From assembly GCA_963669225.2 (NCBI GenBank), contig CAXXMW010000008.1, positions 24,778 to 88,777 on the forward strand: a stretch of 64,000 bases of DNA. The letters are read 5' to 3'. Numbering within the stretch: the stretch's first letter is position 1; the number at the start of each line of letters is the position of its first letter. Source of the stretch: an uncultured Arenicella sp. (GTDB taxonomy: Bacteria > Pseudomonadota > Gammaproteobacteria > Arenicellales > Arenicellaceae). Position numbers and translations under genes: made by a program. Positions 62,801 to 64,000 of the stretch are shown here, one piece after another. The notes beneath the pieces were generated by a model that worked only from the letters and a program-made list of their open reading frames with translations, was not told the origin of the DNA and did no database searches.

Positions 62801-64000
62801 GCAAAGCGATCCCGAAAGTGCGCCCGAAAGGCGTCACGAATCTCACGAGCCGATCGCAGCAGTCGCCCATCCGGGGCCTTGACAGAACCGATATACCGAT
62901 CGGGGAACCTTCGCACTTCTTCTTCACGCGCAGTCGCGTTCGTTTTCACAGCTTCGTTGAGAACTCTCTTTAACCTAGATCTAACTACGTATCCCTTGTA
63001 GCGCTCGCTACTCTCGCGCTCAAGGTCCCCCCTAGCTAGCTCTACGTTTAGGGAGTCCCCCCCAGCCACCGCCCGGGAAAGTCTATCGTCTATAGATTTC
63101 GCTTCCTTGGTCCTATCTAGGTTGAGCTGTTGACCGTACTTGGTAGCGAAATCTCTAATCCTATGTTTAAGAGATCCCCACCACCTATTCCCGGTAACCG
63201 CCCCCACTAACGCCCGCTGAATTAGGGATTCCAGCCGGTCCCGGAAGTCCCGTATCTCCAGTAAGGAGGTATTGAACTTCCAGTAGCCGGCCAGACTAGG
63301 CCTATTTGCTAACCGTAGACTGACTCTAACAAGTTTATGGTCAGTCCACGCTATCAAGTGGAACGTGGGACAACTAACAAAATCAATGTCAGCTCGTCTC
63401 ACTAACACTCTGTCCAAGTAGGAGCCTACTTTGGCAGAGGGCGAACTATCTAGCCACGTCCACATCTCCCGCCCTGGGTGATCCAGACGAAACCTGTCGA
63501 CGAGGTCATGACGAGTCATGAGGCCGGCAAGGCTGCTTTCACACCTTCCCACACGCCTAGCTCCCCGCCCGACCTTATCTATCTTGGGATCAAGGATCGC
63601 ATTCCAATCACCCATTAAAACTAGCCGCTTCGTATCGTCCAGGAACGGCGCCAACCGACGAAAAAAGGAAACCCTCTCCACAACGATATTGGGCGCATAA
63701 ACCGCAACCAGACGAAACTTGAAACTTTTCACGGCAACATCGGCCACAACCAGTCGGCCCCCGTCACCTGCAAAAACAACGTCAACATCAGCATCAAGGC
63801 TGCGTCCAACTAGCAAAGAAACCCCAACGCTGGTACGGCTGCCGTATGCTGAGAAAACGTTAAAATCGCTTTCCAGCACACGACAGTCGGCACCGCAAGT
63901 GAAGTGGGTTTCCTGCACTGCAGCAACATCTACGCCGAGAGTTTTAAGTTCACCAAGCAAGCGCGTACACTTGCCCGGATCCCTCAATCCCCTCACATTC
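59849..64000 (-). mobile_element. U10, partial (cut by the right window edge)
   Basis: 3' UTR and nearly all of ORF2 are present; the 5' part lies outside the window. Confidence 0.93.
60556..64000 (-). CDS. U10 ORF2p, open as far as visible; first ~8 codons lie outside the window
   Basis: The track's start at 63996 is the GTG of LNVRG, not a real start; all downstream motifs are intact. Confidence 0.92.
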   Translation of the reverse strand, partial: NVRGLRDPGKCTRLLGELKTLGVDVAAVQETHFTCGADCRVLESDFNVFSAYGSRTSVGVSLLVGRSLDADVDVVFAGDGGRLVVADVAVKSFKFRLVAVYAPNIVVERVSFFRRLAPFLDDTKRLVLMGDWNAILDPKIDKVGRGARRVGRCESSLAGLMTRHDLVDRFRLDHPGREMWTWLDSSPSAKVGSYLDRVLVRRADIDFVSCPTFHLIAWTDHKLVRVSLRLANRPSLAGYWKFNTSLLEIRDFRDRLESLIQRALVGAVTGNRWWGSLKHRIRDFATKYGQQLNLDRTKEAKSIDDRLSRAVAGGDSLNVELARGDLERESSERYKGYVVRSRLKRVLNEAVKTNATAREEEVRRFPDRYIGSVKAPDGRLLRSAREIRDAFRAHFRDRFARCTDLPLREFRSYLADFPRLGVAEAASCEGVVTECEVRDALKQVGLNKSPGLDGLPYEVYLRMSHMFVPILTDMFNHWFAQGAIPGSVTKGVITLLKKGGRHVWEGLDDYRPITLLNTELKILARVLANRLQLVISDLIGSEQTFAVKGRSIQDNLHLIREVLEGIEDDTEAALISLDQSKAFDRVDHRFLATVLETAGFKPEFRRWISMMYHNPQAVVQVNGRRSTVFAVERSVRQGCPLSPLLYVLALEPLLRRLRDRTANPALRGVPFAGPLTARVSAFADDITVFVSRRLDIKAVKKAVSEYERIAGAKVNFDKSEGLRLGAWRGSNTLPGPFRWSDGPVRILGVWFGPGLQLERNWSEIQAKVNAQVGIWLSRRLSLKGRAEACAVYVFPLILYRLAVLPLPKVNRLALQRSLSRLLWGGARPMVRRQVCIQRTRNGGLGMPDLESHWLAERLAYLGRALTGDAVWRLKASRTFPRLKSDPKAEGRRRPLGETLFVRECRTALRNLLGSSDLSRPRKELYRELVVGSASDPLSERHGWTTEEIRSHWNWAPGSSFLNNSEFSLTWRLVRNALPLVGLNYKAGLADMPDCARCGSGLEETAEHAFYYCERVRPFWDHVGEWTARIEPKQLVLLDVGYVVDNVLPPYQGEKRVVFLAILAVARMVIWTTRNKGLYDDANFSHRDLILYFRHQLRVKIRCDRKRLDRITFSKRWVNAASLVVRKGATLESSFPPLPAHGVYGTGP

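Larger units (their letters stand above)
1..64000 (-). repeat. Head-to-tail tandem array of a Tx1-like non-LTR retrotransposon, unit ~6.42-6.45 kb
   Basis: Near-identical ORF2/ORF1/UTR blocks recur with ORF2 stops at 2660, 9093, 15528, 21956, 28397, 34798, 41230, 47676, 54122, 60556; all on the minus strand; no unrelated sequence between units. Confidence 0.98.

Noticed and set aside
1-64000. Telomeric (TTAGGG/TTAGG)n tracts, LTRs, integrase/RNase H/protease, CRISPR array, prokaryotic group II intron or retron
   Set aside because: Only isolated TTAGGG hexamers occur; the domain order APE-RT-CCHC with an upstream CCHC ORF1 is diagnostic of an L1-clade non-LTR element; there are no short repeat-spacer units.

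Overview
The whole window is a unidirectional, head-to-tail tandem array of one eukaryotic non-LTR retrotransposon of the L1 clade (Tx1-like), all on the minus strand, with a period of about 6.42-6.45 kb. It holds nine complete units (U1-U9), a tenth running off the right edge (U10), and a 5'-truncated copy at the left edge (U0). Each unit, read in the sense direction, has a ~300-nt AT-rich 5' UTR, ORF1 (647-649 aa: RRM-like region, one CCHC knuckle, long Thr/Pro/Lys-rich tract, unrecognised ~160-aa C-terminal domain), a 14-nt spacer, ORF2 (1155 aa from ATG: APE endonuclease, RT, C-terminal CCHC) and a ~700-nt structured 3' UTR ending AATAAA-17 nt-AAA. No host gene, recognisable target gene or poly(A) tract separates the units. 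Five units (U2, U3, U7, U8, U9) have both ORFs intact. The key observation is that the truncated copy joins the preceding unit at exactly the nucleotide where full-length heads join. This points to an element that inserts at, and regenerates, its own tail-head junction, or one added end-on as in telomeric retrotransposon arrays. Variant patterns also show DNA-level recombination between units. About 29.4-34.8 kb carries many single-base indels that may be sequencing error. The host species cannot be assigned from the sequence alone.
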